The notes beneath the pieces are model-generated. The model saw nothing but the letters and a program-made list of their open reading frames with translations, made no database searches and was not told the origin of the DNA. Shown piece after piece: positions 20,698 to 34,630 of a stretch of DNA of 38,981 nt. This stretch comes from Catajapyx aquilonaris. Its lineage: Eukaryota. The DNA lies in the NCBI GenBank assembly GCA_000934665.2, contig JYFJ02003713.1, positions 1-38,981 on the forward strand. The letters run 5' to 3'. Positions within the stretch are counted from its first letter, which is position 1. Each line of letters starts with the position of its first letter. The position numbers and the translations under genes are program-made.

Positions 20698-21270
20698 TAT
20701 TGACCCCTGTTAAAAATTAAAATAACCAGATTAGCCGCAAATCATTGGGATCTCTCACCCAGACTTCCTTTAATGGGTCGCGCCATCATGCTTGATAATG
20801 AAAACGGACTTCACTTTGAAACGAATCCTACTCTTTCAAGCATATTCTTTACAATTACCTAATTTTCCTCACCCCAAGTAAAGGCTTTTTATTTAATATG
20901 CCGAATTACCCTCCAGAGTAATTTCATTGTTTGTTTAATTCCCTGTCATCCTAATAAGCTTTTTAAATTTATAATTTTTTTGAAAAAGTAGCCAAAATGA
21001 TCGAATTGTGTGATTAAAAACTTTACACTCTTCCGGGCCCTGCCCATCCATATTTTAATTTATATTAATTATTATATAATACTTTTCAATGTATCAACTA
21101 TATACGATCATTCTTTGAACAATGCCTAAAATGATCGCTAATTCAAAATAAACATGCACTTCCTGTTATATACTGTAAAAAAATTGGCAAAAGTTGATTG
21201 TAATTATCATTTTAATTCATTTTAATTCATTGGGGTCCAAAAAGACCCCACAGCACGATTCCAGGGTTAA
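20698..21270. mobile_element. Truncated piggyBac-like non-autonomous element
   Basis: Right end ggggtccaaaaagacccc...cagggTTAA; only ttgacccc remains of the left end; AT-rich interior. Confidence 0.4.
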
Positions 21271-21600
21271 ATGGTTCTGGCTTGCCAGGGTGCCAGATTC
21301 ATTGTTTGACAACAAATTAACCAGCAATTAACACCAGTTCTGTAATGAAATCTGGCTGGATTTGTTTACCAAGTTTGGTACTCCTGGTCCTAAGTCGTAT
21401 GAAAATTAATATGCAGTGTGACAGAAATGAACAATGTACAGTAATTATCACCTGATAGATTTACTTGGTAGTAACTTACACTCAGGTTGTTACTACTATA
21501 ATTACAATGAAAGCAGTCTAGTACAGTACTGTACAATTATTGTTCCAATATGGAATTTCCATGTAATGAACAAGTTTCCAACTCATGACAAATGCATTAA

Positions 21601-21758
21601 GGGCCGTTTTCTCGAACAGTGGTTCAAATGTAAACCCCTGGTAAACCCGGTTCAAAGCCAGTTTAAACCCTTGACAACAGCCTAACAACAATTAAATCAG
21701 GGATTAAACTGGCTTTGAACCCGGTTTACATTTGAACCACTGTTCGAGAAAACGGCCC
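21601..21758. mobile_element. Harbinger-like foldback MITE
   Basis: Perfect 36-bp TIR gggccgttttctcgaacagtggttcaaatgtaaacc / ggtttacatttgaaccactgttcgagaaaacggccc; flanks taa / aaa. Confidence 0.85.
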
Positions 21759-22000
21759 AAAAAATCTCCTGTCAGGACCAAACAAAACTTCCACAATTAA
21801 AACATTCAGTTACATCCAGGATCCCTTACAGGCAGGTTTCAAGTACTGCATTTTGAGAGTACGGTGTGTTTACTCTTTAGGTGACTCCTAAATGACAAGG
21901 GCACTAGGAATGAAACAAATGCTACAATTTGATTTCCTCAAATATCTTTTAACAATAAAAATGTACAGAAGTGTTTTCACAACTGGTTGTGACTTTGGTC

Positions 22001-22557
22001 CTAAGTACTTTCTGGTGGTGGCTTTTTCACATAGTATCTCTTGACTGGGACACCTGTCATTCTGTATTCACTCCTCTCCTTCAAGTACTCCTGCTTGCAC
22101 TCCTCCTGGAAGTCCTTGTCATTGTACCAGCGTGTAAGGCAGTCCTTCAGGGCAGAGTTCTCCTTTCGGCACATCACCACCATCGCTAGGTTGCTCCCCT
22201 GGCAACATTCTGTGAATGCTAAGAGACCAAGCATGAGCAACACAAACATACTGCCTGAACACTTATTTGCATACAAGCATTCATGTTGTTGTTTACCTTG
22301 GACTTCCTCAACGCATTTCAATGCTTTGGCCTTGTTCCTCATCTTCATGGGAATGAGGACGTCCACCTCCACCCTGCGTAGAGCAGTGTCATCAGGATCA
22401 CCTGCTCAGCAAGGCACAAGATTAACATGACAAGGCACGTGAAAGAGCCGGGCACTGACCAGGCTGTTGTTGCATTGCCAATACCTAAACCCAGAGGTCC
22501 TCCTGTCCAGTTGGGGCTGGTCACTGGAGTATCTGGATGGGGCATGGGAGGAGGCAT
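22001..22557 (-). CDS. CMC1: COX assembly mitochondrial protein, twin CX9C (131 aa)
   Basis: Exons 22557-22485, 22401-22297, 22218-22001; total 396 nt. GGPLGLGDPDDTALRRVEVDVLIPMKMR; CX9C motifs CVEEVQAFTEC and CRKENSALKDC; ECKQEYLKERSEYRMTG. Confidence 0.9.
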
Positions 22558-22599
22558 GACTCGGCCTGGAGCTGCTGGAGGATGGCTCTTTCCCAAATA

Positions 22600-23000
22600 T
22601 TCTCAGCAGGAGCAGGCTGACATTGACGCCGGCGCCGACAGAAGAACAGTGTGGGTGTGCTGCACGCCGCCACCAGCGGGAATATCACGCGCCGGTCATG
22701 CTATCACCGGCCCACGCACCGGCCGAAGCCTGCCGAAGCCACGGCCGAAGCCCCGAACTTTTTTTTTTTTCTTTGGTCTTCTTCGTGGTCTTCTTTGTTT
22801 TCTTTTCGCCCCACAGCCACTTAGATGAAATTGAACTAATTTTATTTGAAGTAATAAATTAGAATATACCCTGCGGGTTTTGTTGGTGGTAAACTCTGCA
22901 TCTCTGAAAACCGGTGTGTCAAGTTGACAGGGTAGCCAACAGGAATGAGCAAGCAGCAGCAAGCAAGCAAGCAAGCAGGAGGCCAATGGCAGTGGGCATC
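22600..23000. promoter_or_regulatory. CpG-rich divergent promoter region for CMC1 (-) and PSMD14 (+)
   Basis: Local CpG-rich island between two head-to-head housekeeping genes, with repeated GCCGAAGCC at ~22722-22752. An acceptor at 23960-23961, just before the PSMD14 ATG, implies an upstream non-coding exon. Confidence 0.55.
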
Positions 23001-23968
23001 TGTGGTTGCTGCATGAATAGACACTTTTCCTAGAAGACCAAATTCATCAGGCCGTCCGTCGGGATCTGCAGGTCGCAAGCCCCTGCGCTGCTCACCCAGA
23101 GTGCCACCGCCGACCACACCTTGCACCAGGGTAGGTGGCACTCGCTGCTGGGTCAAAGGTCAGGGCGTTTGCATATCATGATCGTTGGAGAGTAGGTTCC
23201 GACCGAAGGAAAGTTATGTGTTATTGCCTTATCTGGGCGATTCCAGTGTCACTCGGCTGCATCGTCACCACTGCCTTGTTCCTTTTCCGCTCATGGCCTG
23301 GTAGACGGTGAGATGCCAGTGACATTGTGACAGCTTCTGCGATGGCAGTAAAAGCAACCCCGGGATCTGCATGGCACTACTGCCACCAAAAGCTCATGAT
23401 ATTCCTAGTGGAACAAAGCATTACGGCAATGTGAATGAAGCCTGAGAAAAAAAATTGGCAGTATTCATTGCAATAGGTTAAATGGACATTGTGCAATTGT
23501 TAGGAGTAGGCAGCCAGTGCAATGTTAACTCTTTGTCCCCCTCAGTCATCTGCCATCCCTCATTTCCAATGGAATAAAGTGCATGCTGTTAGTTATTGGC
23601 TGAAATTGGAGATGGTTTGGTGCTGCAGTAACATACATGCACACAGACGGAAGATCAAGGGTTCAGGCCCAAGCCTGGGCTTTGCACTGTTCATTTTGCG
23701 CAGAGTTGGGTCATGTCTTGCTCCATATTGAATGAGACACCTTGAGACTAACCACCTGGGGGAAGTCACAAAATGGCCAAGCAGCATTGCACTTGCACCT
23801 TGCACAGTCTCCCCTCCCACTCACCCCTGCATGCAGACTTGGATGCTTTGCAAAAAGTGTCAGACATGTATAACTGATACAGGTCCATGCAAGACCTCGA
23901 GGTATTTCACAAGTTTCATAAGTTGTACTCTCTACGTTAACAAATTATTTTTGGCCAACAGGAAATAA

Positions 23969-26883
<2,915 letters not shown>

Positions 26884-28140
26884 GAACAAGTTCATTGTGC
26901 CTAATCTGACATGGCTTAAGTTATTGTGTTTGGCACAGAGGAACTGTCATGCAATCATAATTGTTTTAAGGGAGTGCAAAGACACAGATTCAATGTGGAC
27001 TCATGCAGTAAATGCTGAAATACACCACATTTTCAGGGCAGAGGATCATGACAATGACTTTTTTGTCCCAAGTTTCAGATCTGCAGGAATTTTCTTAGCA
27101 CAGTTCTGAAAGATGGAATATGTGGTGCAAATTTTACAGTTTTGGAAAAAACATCTAACTTCAGTTGTAGGACATTTACCAGTATAGATCTATGTGACAT
27201 GAAGTGATGGATCTAATAAGTACACATTTCTCATCATGCAGGTCTGCAAGGTGACATAATATTACTTGAAATGCCTAATGTTTGTGTCTGATTGGAATTC
27301 CAATAAAGACTTGTTTATGCTTGCTGAACATAATTAGCCTTTTTTCTAGTAATATGATGTCAAGAAAGTATTTTTTAGTGTTCAGCATTATAGAACAGTA
27401 GCACAGGACTGTCCTTTCAAAAATTATATATTTAGAGAAATATTGTGCTGCAACGTCCTGACTCCTGAGACCAAATTGTTGGGCAAGTTATAGAACTACA
27501 CTTCCACCCCCAAATCACCATCATGGCAGACTCAGTTTTGTCATACAAACAAAAATTCTGACTTCTCTGACAACTGCTTTCACCTTGTGTAAGTGCCCAT
27601 TTATTCAGTGTCACTCTCTAATTGGTAGCAGCAGTATATTCATGTCCTGCATGACGTCATTTTACTTGTTGCTAAAATGAAAAGGCAGTTATTAGCTGCA
27701 GTGGTTGGTAGTAGATTACTGTAGCAACGTTTTGTAATATCTGACAAGAGTGCACTACACCACCATGCCGCCCCTTTGAAAAGAGTTATGTAAGGAGGGA
27801 TTCTCCAGATTCCACCCAACACTCATTGCTGCCATTGGATTTATAACTTTTTAAGTAACGTAGGTTTTTTTTTGTGTAGAATTTGGTTTTTGCAATGTTT
27901 TTGTCGCAATTTTTGGCCTGGTAAGTAGTATGTCATTTAGGCCATCTTACAGAGGAATTTCAGTTTTCCTCAGTGGAGTTAGCATAATAATAACCATAGA
28001 ATGTGCATAATAAATATGTATTTATTTACTGGTATGTAACAAAACTGGACACAGCCAACTAAAGGCACTGCACGGTGGGTTGTAATGGGAGTGGTGTCAC
28101 CACAGAGCAAATAATAAGTGAGTTCACACGTGCACACAGG

Positions 28141-31100
28141 TCACAGCATGTCCATTCCAAGCTCATTCTTGAGCCAGGGATACCTCTGCGGACACTCAAA
28201 GCAGGTATAGAGGAACCTCTCTCCATGTAGGGCTCGGCTGTGCAAGCGGCAGGCTTTGGGGAGATTGCAGGCTTCTTCCACAGGGTCCATCACCTTCTTC
28301 TTGCATGTCCAGGGCTCAAAATGAGCCAGTTGGTTCCAGGGTCGAGGCTGCTGCATCCATTGGATGGCCTGCCATGAGCTCACCACCCACACATCTTTCA
28401 TCTGTGCCACATCATCTAAGAATTTCTGGGAACCAAATGTGAGGTGGGAATGGATTCAACATTTATGGGTTGTTTTAAAACTCATTGTGAATAGTCTATT
28501 ACTAGAACACATGTGCAGTACTTTGAGTACTTTATATTAGTTTTATCATCATATAACAATTGGATTAGGATAGGTGGCGGCAGAATTTTTTGCTGTGCCG
28601 TAGTGAGCAGATTTCAAAAAAGTTCGAGAAACATAAGCAAATTAGATAGTTATGTTGTAAATTGCATCAAGTATTACGGAGGGATGCTTCTCTGGGCAAA
28701 GGATCATCAAGTAAAGATAGAAATGCAATGAGTTGGCACCCTACCAGGAGGGCCTTCCAGGCCCACTAATGAGCCACTTCATGAACAACACTATTGTAGT
28801 AGATAAGCCATTAGACAATCTCAGCATAACCACAATTAATTGATACACTGCAAATAAGCATTCTACAGTACATACATTGAAAGCTGCAAGATGCTCCTTT
28901 CGCCTGAACCAACCACTGTGAAAGAAGAGACCGAGGGGAGCTCTGTTGGACTCTTTATGCCTTCTCAGGTTGGATGTAAAGAGCTGGTAAATGTCTTCCT
29001 GAGTCAAGGTTGGGGGGCAGCTATCAACCATGGCACACGAAAAACCCTGTGAAGTAATGGAGGTAATTTTTTAAGTGCTGTTGATGGATATTAGTGGTCC
29101 AACAAAAAACCCCAAATCATACGTACCTCTCCCTTGAGCTGGTTCATGACGACTTCCCAGACTCCAGGGAATGACCTGGAGGGACACTTTTGAGCTACTC
29201 CCATGCAAGGGTGGGGTGGACGGTGGTCAAGAGTATATGGCCACAAGGGAGGGTCGGACAAGGGACTCGTCATGGAGGAGTCATATGAAAAGCCACTCTC
29301 TGCCATCATCAGGAACTGTCGGTTCCAACCCACTCTCAGGAATGGAACACGTATGCCTGAAAGAAGTGCCATGTACTGAAAACAAGCATCTTATCCGGAT
29401 AAGATGTGACAGGGAATTTTTAAAATCAATCAGTATTCTTTGTACCCCAGTAAACTATCACGAAGGAATTTTTTTAAAACACCAAAAAAACCATTCACAA
29501 TTATGGGGCATTAAACCATTTCATTTGACAACTTTATTGGCCTCTTCAACATTTCCATATGCATACCATGTGTGTTACTGAATTTAATTAATTTAAATTT
29601 AATTTAATTTTAGTAGATATGGATATGACTGAGCTAAATTCTGAGACATGGTAGGCTATATATTTGATTGGCTTAGTTCTTGTCTTACCACGAATATCTT
29701 CCACTGGTATCCCAGCAAATCGGTGCAATATGTGTGACATGCCCACCATCTCATCGTACCAGTCTTCCAGAGTGGCATTAGCGCTCCACCAATGCTCAGG
29801 GCTGCGATGGCTATACAGTATTGGATGCAAAATGTTATGATGGATTACACTAGGTCAGTGTGCAGTCACAATGAACCTAAGACCCTGATGTGATGTTTTG
29901 CTGTACTGGATGAAAGCATAGGGCTTTTGCATTTACGGCTTGAGGAGAGAAAATGACTTGAAAATCAGCTGTGGGGTTCGCACATTTCCCACCTCTCAAA
30001 GCTAAAATGGTCAATGCCAATGCTTACAATGTATGCCATTCTGGAGCATGATTTTATCAGGGACTCATCCATTTTGCACCATTGCATTGGTAGGCCTACA
30101 ACATGTGTCCTTAAAACATGCAAATAGGGCTAATTGCTGTTGAGCATTATTTAATTTGAAAACTAACCTGATGGAATGGACAGCTATTTCATGACCAAGA
30201 TTCCACAGTTTTTGCACCAGTTGGTAGTTGGTGTATTCATGGGAAACATAAAAGGTTGCTGACAACGGGCAACCATTGGGATTAGTCCTGGATGTGTTGA
30301 GCAAGATGCGATTGTACATGGCCCAGTTGTCATGATTGACTGCATCATCAAACGTCAGGAGGATCATTTGGGGTACCTGTCCAGTGATTGTAATAAGTTC
30401 ACCAACACATCTTACACTGATTACCCAAGTGAAGCACCTACATGCTACATGGGCATTGATGGGTTTACTAGACAGAGAGTTATCTTGTGCAGAGAATGCT
30501 TACATCCTGAGGATCCATCCCACCTGGTATGCGTGTACCATCTTTGGAACAAAAGCAGTCCGGAAGATGGCATGTTGCTGGGGAACATGAGGTTGCTGCA
30601 TTGGGATCATGTTCTGCATCTACAAGTTGAGAACACAGTCCTGTAGTCTTGTTACAAAACATGCGCATCAATAATTTTTAAAAATGTAAACTAACCACAA
30701 TGTCCCTCATCTGAGGAGTCCTTGCAGTCAGGAACCCCATCACAGAAGAGGTCCCGGTGAAAGCAGGCTCCATCTGCACAGGCCAAGTAAGTGGGTGAAC
30801 TACAGTTGCCCTTGTCCAGAAGGGGCTCAGGTGGTGTCAGCTCTGCAGAATGCAGAAGCCAAGAAAATCGTCAGTATTATAATAATAATAAACCTGTGTT
30901 GGAAGTCACCATTATCAAGTCAATTCGTGGACTTACCGGCATCCTGATCACAATTGAAGACGTTGCTTCTGAAGTCGCAGACCTGCCTCTCCACGTCGAA
31001 AAATAGGCCGGCAGTGCATCGGAATTCAAACACCTCCTTGTCTGCAACGGAGGGTAACCAGAGAATAATCAAGAGTGAATGACTTGGAAGGGAAATTCAT

Positions 31101-33712
31101 ACCCAAGCAGAGGTAATACTTGGAGCACTCGTGGGCTGTCCAAGATTTACTGGCATCTCGTCCTGGGTTGCGGTAAAAGTGACCGTTGACGCATGGAACT
31201 GGGGTCGGGTCACGACGCCACAAGTGTCGAGCGACGCTGTCTGGGAAGAAGACTCGGCTCAGGCCAGGATTTTCCTGATATTCACCATATTTAATACGAA
31301 ATCAGCATAATTTCGTGATAGTTACAGAATAAAGTGTAGCAGTAAATGTCAAGAAATGAAGCTACCGAGAATAAAATTACACTAATGTTCGTGCAGATGA
31401 TATGTAAATATTTTCTCTTGGAGTTCTGCAAGCATTTCATAAGGGCGCAACGGCAATGTATACAGGTGCGGTAGAAAGTGAGCGTGAGAAAGTACAAAAA
31501 CTAGAGCACCAAGCCCAATAAGACGAGTTTACAGCGTATTCAATATGAAAACAATTCATATGGTGGATATGCCTGGATAGATTATGTGTTGGGTACTATA
31601 AGAGTATAAGTCCACACCGTGCATGATCGGGTCAGCGCCAACGATGGCAGTATCAGTAATACGTTATAACTTGGTGTGACTGGTGCTCATTGGGCAGTAG
31701 GCTACTTTGGGACGGACAGAACCTGGCATCTGAACTCGTTGGTAAACGGACATGTGCTTGTGCGTCCGTGCGTGTGCGTGCGTCCGCATGTGTGCCTTGG
31801 CCACGTCCATGGATGTGAGGGCCGACGTCGCCGGTGACCCCGTGCCTTAATTAGATTTCCAGTACCATGACGAAGAGGAGGTGGTAACAGAGTATTACCG
31901 GCGTGGGAGCATACCAAGTGGGTCGCACATGTTGCTTTTTTGGGCATAAGTAGTCGGATCAGGACGAGAGCAACAATAAGGTGACAGGAGAAATTGGGTA
32001 GTCAAATGGCATACACAGAATGCAGGCAGTAGTGACAGCCCTTCCCTACCATCTCTTCATGATTGTCTGATCTGCAGGTCGACGCCTGCATTGTCACTCT
32101 CATGAAGATTTCAATCTGGACTTCTTCCATGGTTAAGTTGTAACTTACTGTGCCTCAGAAGAAAGTGACACTTGACTCGTACCCGTACCGGTGGGTAGTC
32201 CTGAAGGGAAAATTCACTCCCAATTAATTTCAACTTTATTTTCTCGAAAGCATGTCAATCGTGTGAAACATGGGCTGGATTTTCCTAGAAGTGAGACCTA
32301 GAATCGCACATGCAGTGCCTTATCCGTCGTACAATCTCGAAGACGCCCCTGCTCTAATCAATGTGTTCCTGTTTTCTAATCCTGCACGGTATAAATATTG
32401 CCGTCGGCAATCATGATCTCGTTGACAAAATCCCACGGATACTGCTCCCATAAATGAATCCGGAAGAAGCGTTTCGTTTAGCTCAAAAGAGCGACCAAGT
32501 GTGGCTGGTCATACCCTTCTCTTTGTGTCCTGTGATATTAAAAGGTCCGGCACGTAATTGGCGGCCTGTGGTAGTGCGATCCGGGAGGAGTCATGAGATG
32601 ACCCACTTGGGTAAAAGTGGATCTGCTATTGTTTTCTTTTTCCCAACTGCCAACTTTTGGATCCTCTTTATTGTTCCAAAAGGCACTTGCACGCCTCGAC
32701 CTCCTTGAACCTTTCCTTCTTAGCTTCTCAGCGAGGATCTGACCGGCTCTGGGAATTTTTGTTGCTTTCTTTTTCGTCGCAGTCGATAAAGTTTGCAGTT
32801 GAGAGTTCCGTAATATAGTGCCTGGTTTCTTTTCCGCCCTCAGAGTATAAGATGTCACAGGATCCTCAGAACGATTAAGTTTGTGCTAGGGTGTAATGCC
32901 GATGGTCTATAGTACTATGCTGTAGTTATGTCATTTTAGCTGTTTTTCACTTTATTTTGAAACTAGATATTTTCTGATCTCTATTGCGCGCCATTTGTAA
33001 CTGATAAGAATGACTATTATGGTTTACAATGCTCACAGGCAAGGAGTTAAAATAAGCTTATTAACTTCATTTAGAGATGCTAATATCACGCGCTTATGTA
33101 TTCATTGTGGCAAAATAAAATCGCCATTTTTTCATGTTGAATAATATTTACGGATTCTCGGGGGCCTGTGGCGCTTTTGGGGCCTACAGAAATGTTCCTT
33201 AAATACGAGTATTATAATTAATTGTTTCAGTTAGTCACTCTGAACATTGAAGGGGAAGGTGTAGCTTGCATGGATTTCTAATATCTAATGAATACATTAG
33301 TATCGCAGTTCATATTTTCCAATCTTATTCGGTTTCCTTCTTATACCTGTTTGCCAATAATACAGGGTGGCTCAACTTTTTTGTCCGAACAGTTATCGGA
33401 AAAGCCTATGTATCTTCTAGCTATGTAGCCAGAATATGCCCCAACATTCCTGGCACATCCCTCAACTGATAAAGCCAGGGATGCATCACTGGTTGCAAGT
33501 CACTGCTAAAAAATAAGCAGCTCAGTGCAATATTTCCAATAATTGTTCGGACAAAAAAGTTGAGACACCCTGTATATAGAGAACCACGCTTGTCCTTGAA
33601 GAACATGTAACCTAACTAGATAAATATTAGCTTACTCACCCGTAAATCCAAAACTGTGCAAAATGACTACACTCGCAAACAAGATGGTCTTCCAGCAAGA
33701 GTATGTGTCCAT
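28141..33712 (-). CDS. Chitin deacetylase with ChtBD2 + LDLa + polysaccharide deacetylase domains (CDA3/ChLD3-like; ~531 aa)
   Basis: Exons 33712-33640, 31240-31103, 31041-30937, 30842-30696, 30619-30504, 30376-30168, 29810-29689, 29356-29127, 29046-28876, 28425-28141; total 1596 nt. Signal peptide; [23 protein letters not shown] (chitin-binding); [13 protein letters not shown] (LDLa); TFDD, HSISH, RVPF, GLFFH deacetylase motifs. The subgroup call is from recalled similarity. Confidence 0.92.
33363..33572. mobile_element. Tc1/mariner-type MITE in chitin deacetylase intron 1
   Basis: TA|cagggtggctcaacttttttgtccgaaca ... tgttcggacaaaaaagttgagacaccctg|TA. Confidence 0.85.
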
Positions 33713-33737
33713 GTCGCCTTTGAGGAGGAATCCGGCA

Positions 33738-33772
33738 ATCTGAGTGCCGAGTTCTTCTTCGCCCACTTTATA
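33738..33772 (-). promoter_or_regulatory. TATA box and initiator-like element of the chitin deacetylase gene
   Basis: TATAAA at 33772-33767 and TCAGAT at 33743-33738, about 30 nt upstream of the ATG at 33712. Confidence 0.65.
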
Positions 33773-34630
33773 CCTTCCGCCAGCCTACTTTGGCCCCCTC
33801 TGCTGGAAAGGGGAATGGAGAGAGAGGGAGTGAGGGAGAAGGGGGTGAAAGTGTGCCCTCTTCATTTGATCGTCAATTAGCTGCATCGCCCCCAGGAAAT
33901 AATTACGGGGTCACGATTTTATTACACCGTCCAGAACTGAAAATCGCATTATTGTATTTATTATAATAGGGAAGTGTATCTGTTGAACTTGGCATGGTTA
34001 CACAGTGACTGGTATGGTATTTGCGCACGAAGGCTATACTGGTGGCCCACAAAGGCATTCATCCCGAAGAGAACAAAGCTGGTCCTACAACACGTGGGGA
34101 GATTTATTTGATGAGCACTATGTGTCAACGCTCGACACGTCTTCAGACATCTGCTGACCCCCTTTGTTCCAACTCGTTTGGGTGATTTACTTCGAGCTGC
34201 CCTCGTGAAAGAAAAAGGCTGGAAATTACAGTATTGTTGTGCACCATACAGTTTAGAAGGGGGCGTGGGAATAAAAGGGAAGGTAAAAATTTCTCAGCTT
34301 GTTTATTAATTAAGAAAGTGATTCATCATTGTAATTTGTAAATACACTTCAACTGCAGTTGGATCTGGAAACAATGCTTCACTATCACTAGATCGGCTGA
34401 TTTGGATGCATGCTATTGTGATTACACGGTACGTGTGGTAATTCTGAACTCTTTACAATCTACCCACAATTCTTGAAAAATTTTGAAGGAATTTTCCCTG
34501 AGACACACTTTTTTTTAAACAAAGCTTAGTTGATCCCATATGCAGGTTAGCCATTTGTTCATCATCGAATGGAATACTCTTGAATCAGTGTCGTAGCTGA
34601 GAGGGATTGATGTGCATGTGTCATTGATGC

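Noticed and set aside
22427..23156. Several 80-133 aa ORFs across the CMC1/PSMD14 promoter
   Set aside because: Low-complexity translations of GC-rich promoter DNA or antisense to CMC1.
27979..28143. Possible stop-codon readthrough of the chitin deacetylase (TGA-C, then 53 open codons ending in a hydrophobic stretch)
   Set aside because: The AATAAA (-) at 28021-28026 would cleave the mRNA before the next stop, and no conservation evidence is available.
32538..32858. 106-aa K/R-rich ORF in deacetylase intron 1
   Set aside because: Non-ATG start, no recognisable domain and no convincing splice sites.
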